DNA of 64,000 nucleotides from Paramoeba atlantica (lineage: Eukaryota; Protista; Discosea), in the NCBI GenBank assembly GCA_977017575.1, contig CDRNVI010000019.1, positions 186,001 through 250,000 on the forward strand, given 5' to 3'. Under the pieces are notes generated by a model. The model searched no databases and was not told the origin of the DNA. It worked only from the letters and a program-made list of their open reading frames with translations. Positions 63,754-64,000 of the stretch are shown here, piece after piece. The position numbers were made by a program, and so were the translations under genes. Within the stretch, counting starts at the first letter, position 1; each line of letters begins with the position of its first letter.

Positions 63754-64000
63754 CTAACGCTGTTTATTATCATAGCCATCTCCAGTGACGACATTCCCAA
63801 CCTCAATCGGCTGAGTAACAATAACTCTGCCACCGTCGACAGCTGCGTTTGGAGAATGATTTCTATCCATAAGTGATCTACGGGGAAACACACATAAGCC
63901 TTTCACAATGCGCATTTCATTAGAGGCGATTAGAGTGTACAGCCCCATGAAATCTTCCAAAAAGAATGTTGGTTGTCGGAGAGCCGCCGAGAGCTGGAGG
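63754..64000 (-). CDS. 5'-partial ORF with a possible SET-domain C-terminal motif
   Basis: The frame is open from the window edge: ...GLCVFPRRSLMDRNHSPNAAVDGGRVIVTQPIEVGNVVTGDGY, resembling the SET pattern GLFP.ASLLNHSC.PN....L.V.A.RPI..GEEVT..Y. Confidence 0.4.
   Translation of the reverse strand, partial: LQLSAALRQPTFFLEDFMGLYTLIASNEMRIVKGLCVFPRRSLMDRNHSPNAAVDGGRVIVTQPIEVGNVVTGDGYDNKQR

Noticed and set aside
1-64000. tRNA, rRNA or SL RNA genes
   Set aside because: No cloverleaf, rRNA-conserved block or full SL exon seen by eye; tRNAscan-SE/Infernal would be needed to exclude them.

Overview
Gene-dense, apparently intron-less eukaryotic DNA. About 40 host ORFs all lie on the minus strand, as in a kinetoplastid polycistronic transcription unit. 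Lineage markers support a kinetoplastid: a KREN-type RNA-editing endonuclease (U1-like Zn finger + RNase III), an ArgRS with a ~100-aa catalytic-domain insertion, a Nup53/Nup65-like RRM+TM protein and several mitoribosome-type proteins. The compact layout and DNA transposons suggest a non-trypanosomatid such as a Perkinsela-like organism (inference only). Housekeeping genes include uL24m, Rad9, ArgRS, NHP2, DRG, V-ATPase B, proteasome beta2, NIF3, an IKS1 kinase, PP4R2, an SDR and a dienelactone hydrolase. The only convincing plus-strand coding sequences are mobile: an intact Tc1/IS630-type DD35E transposon (7962-9319, TA TSD) and a decayed bacterial-type IS30 element (~45458-46580). Highlights are (i) two tandem signal-kelch-TM-STE11 receptor-like kinases, one non-RD, around a 5.3-kb gene-free, repeat-rich spacer; (ii) at least two TA-flanked MITE families plus hairpin repeats; (iii) three intragenic GC islands whose skew flips from C-rich to G-rich at synonymous sites; and (iv) several enzyme homologues with degenerate active sites. 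All product calls come from motif recognition by eye; no database search was run.
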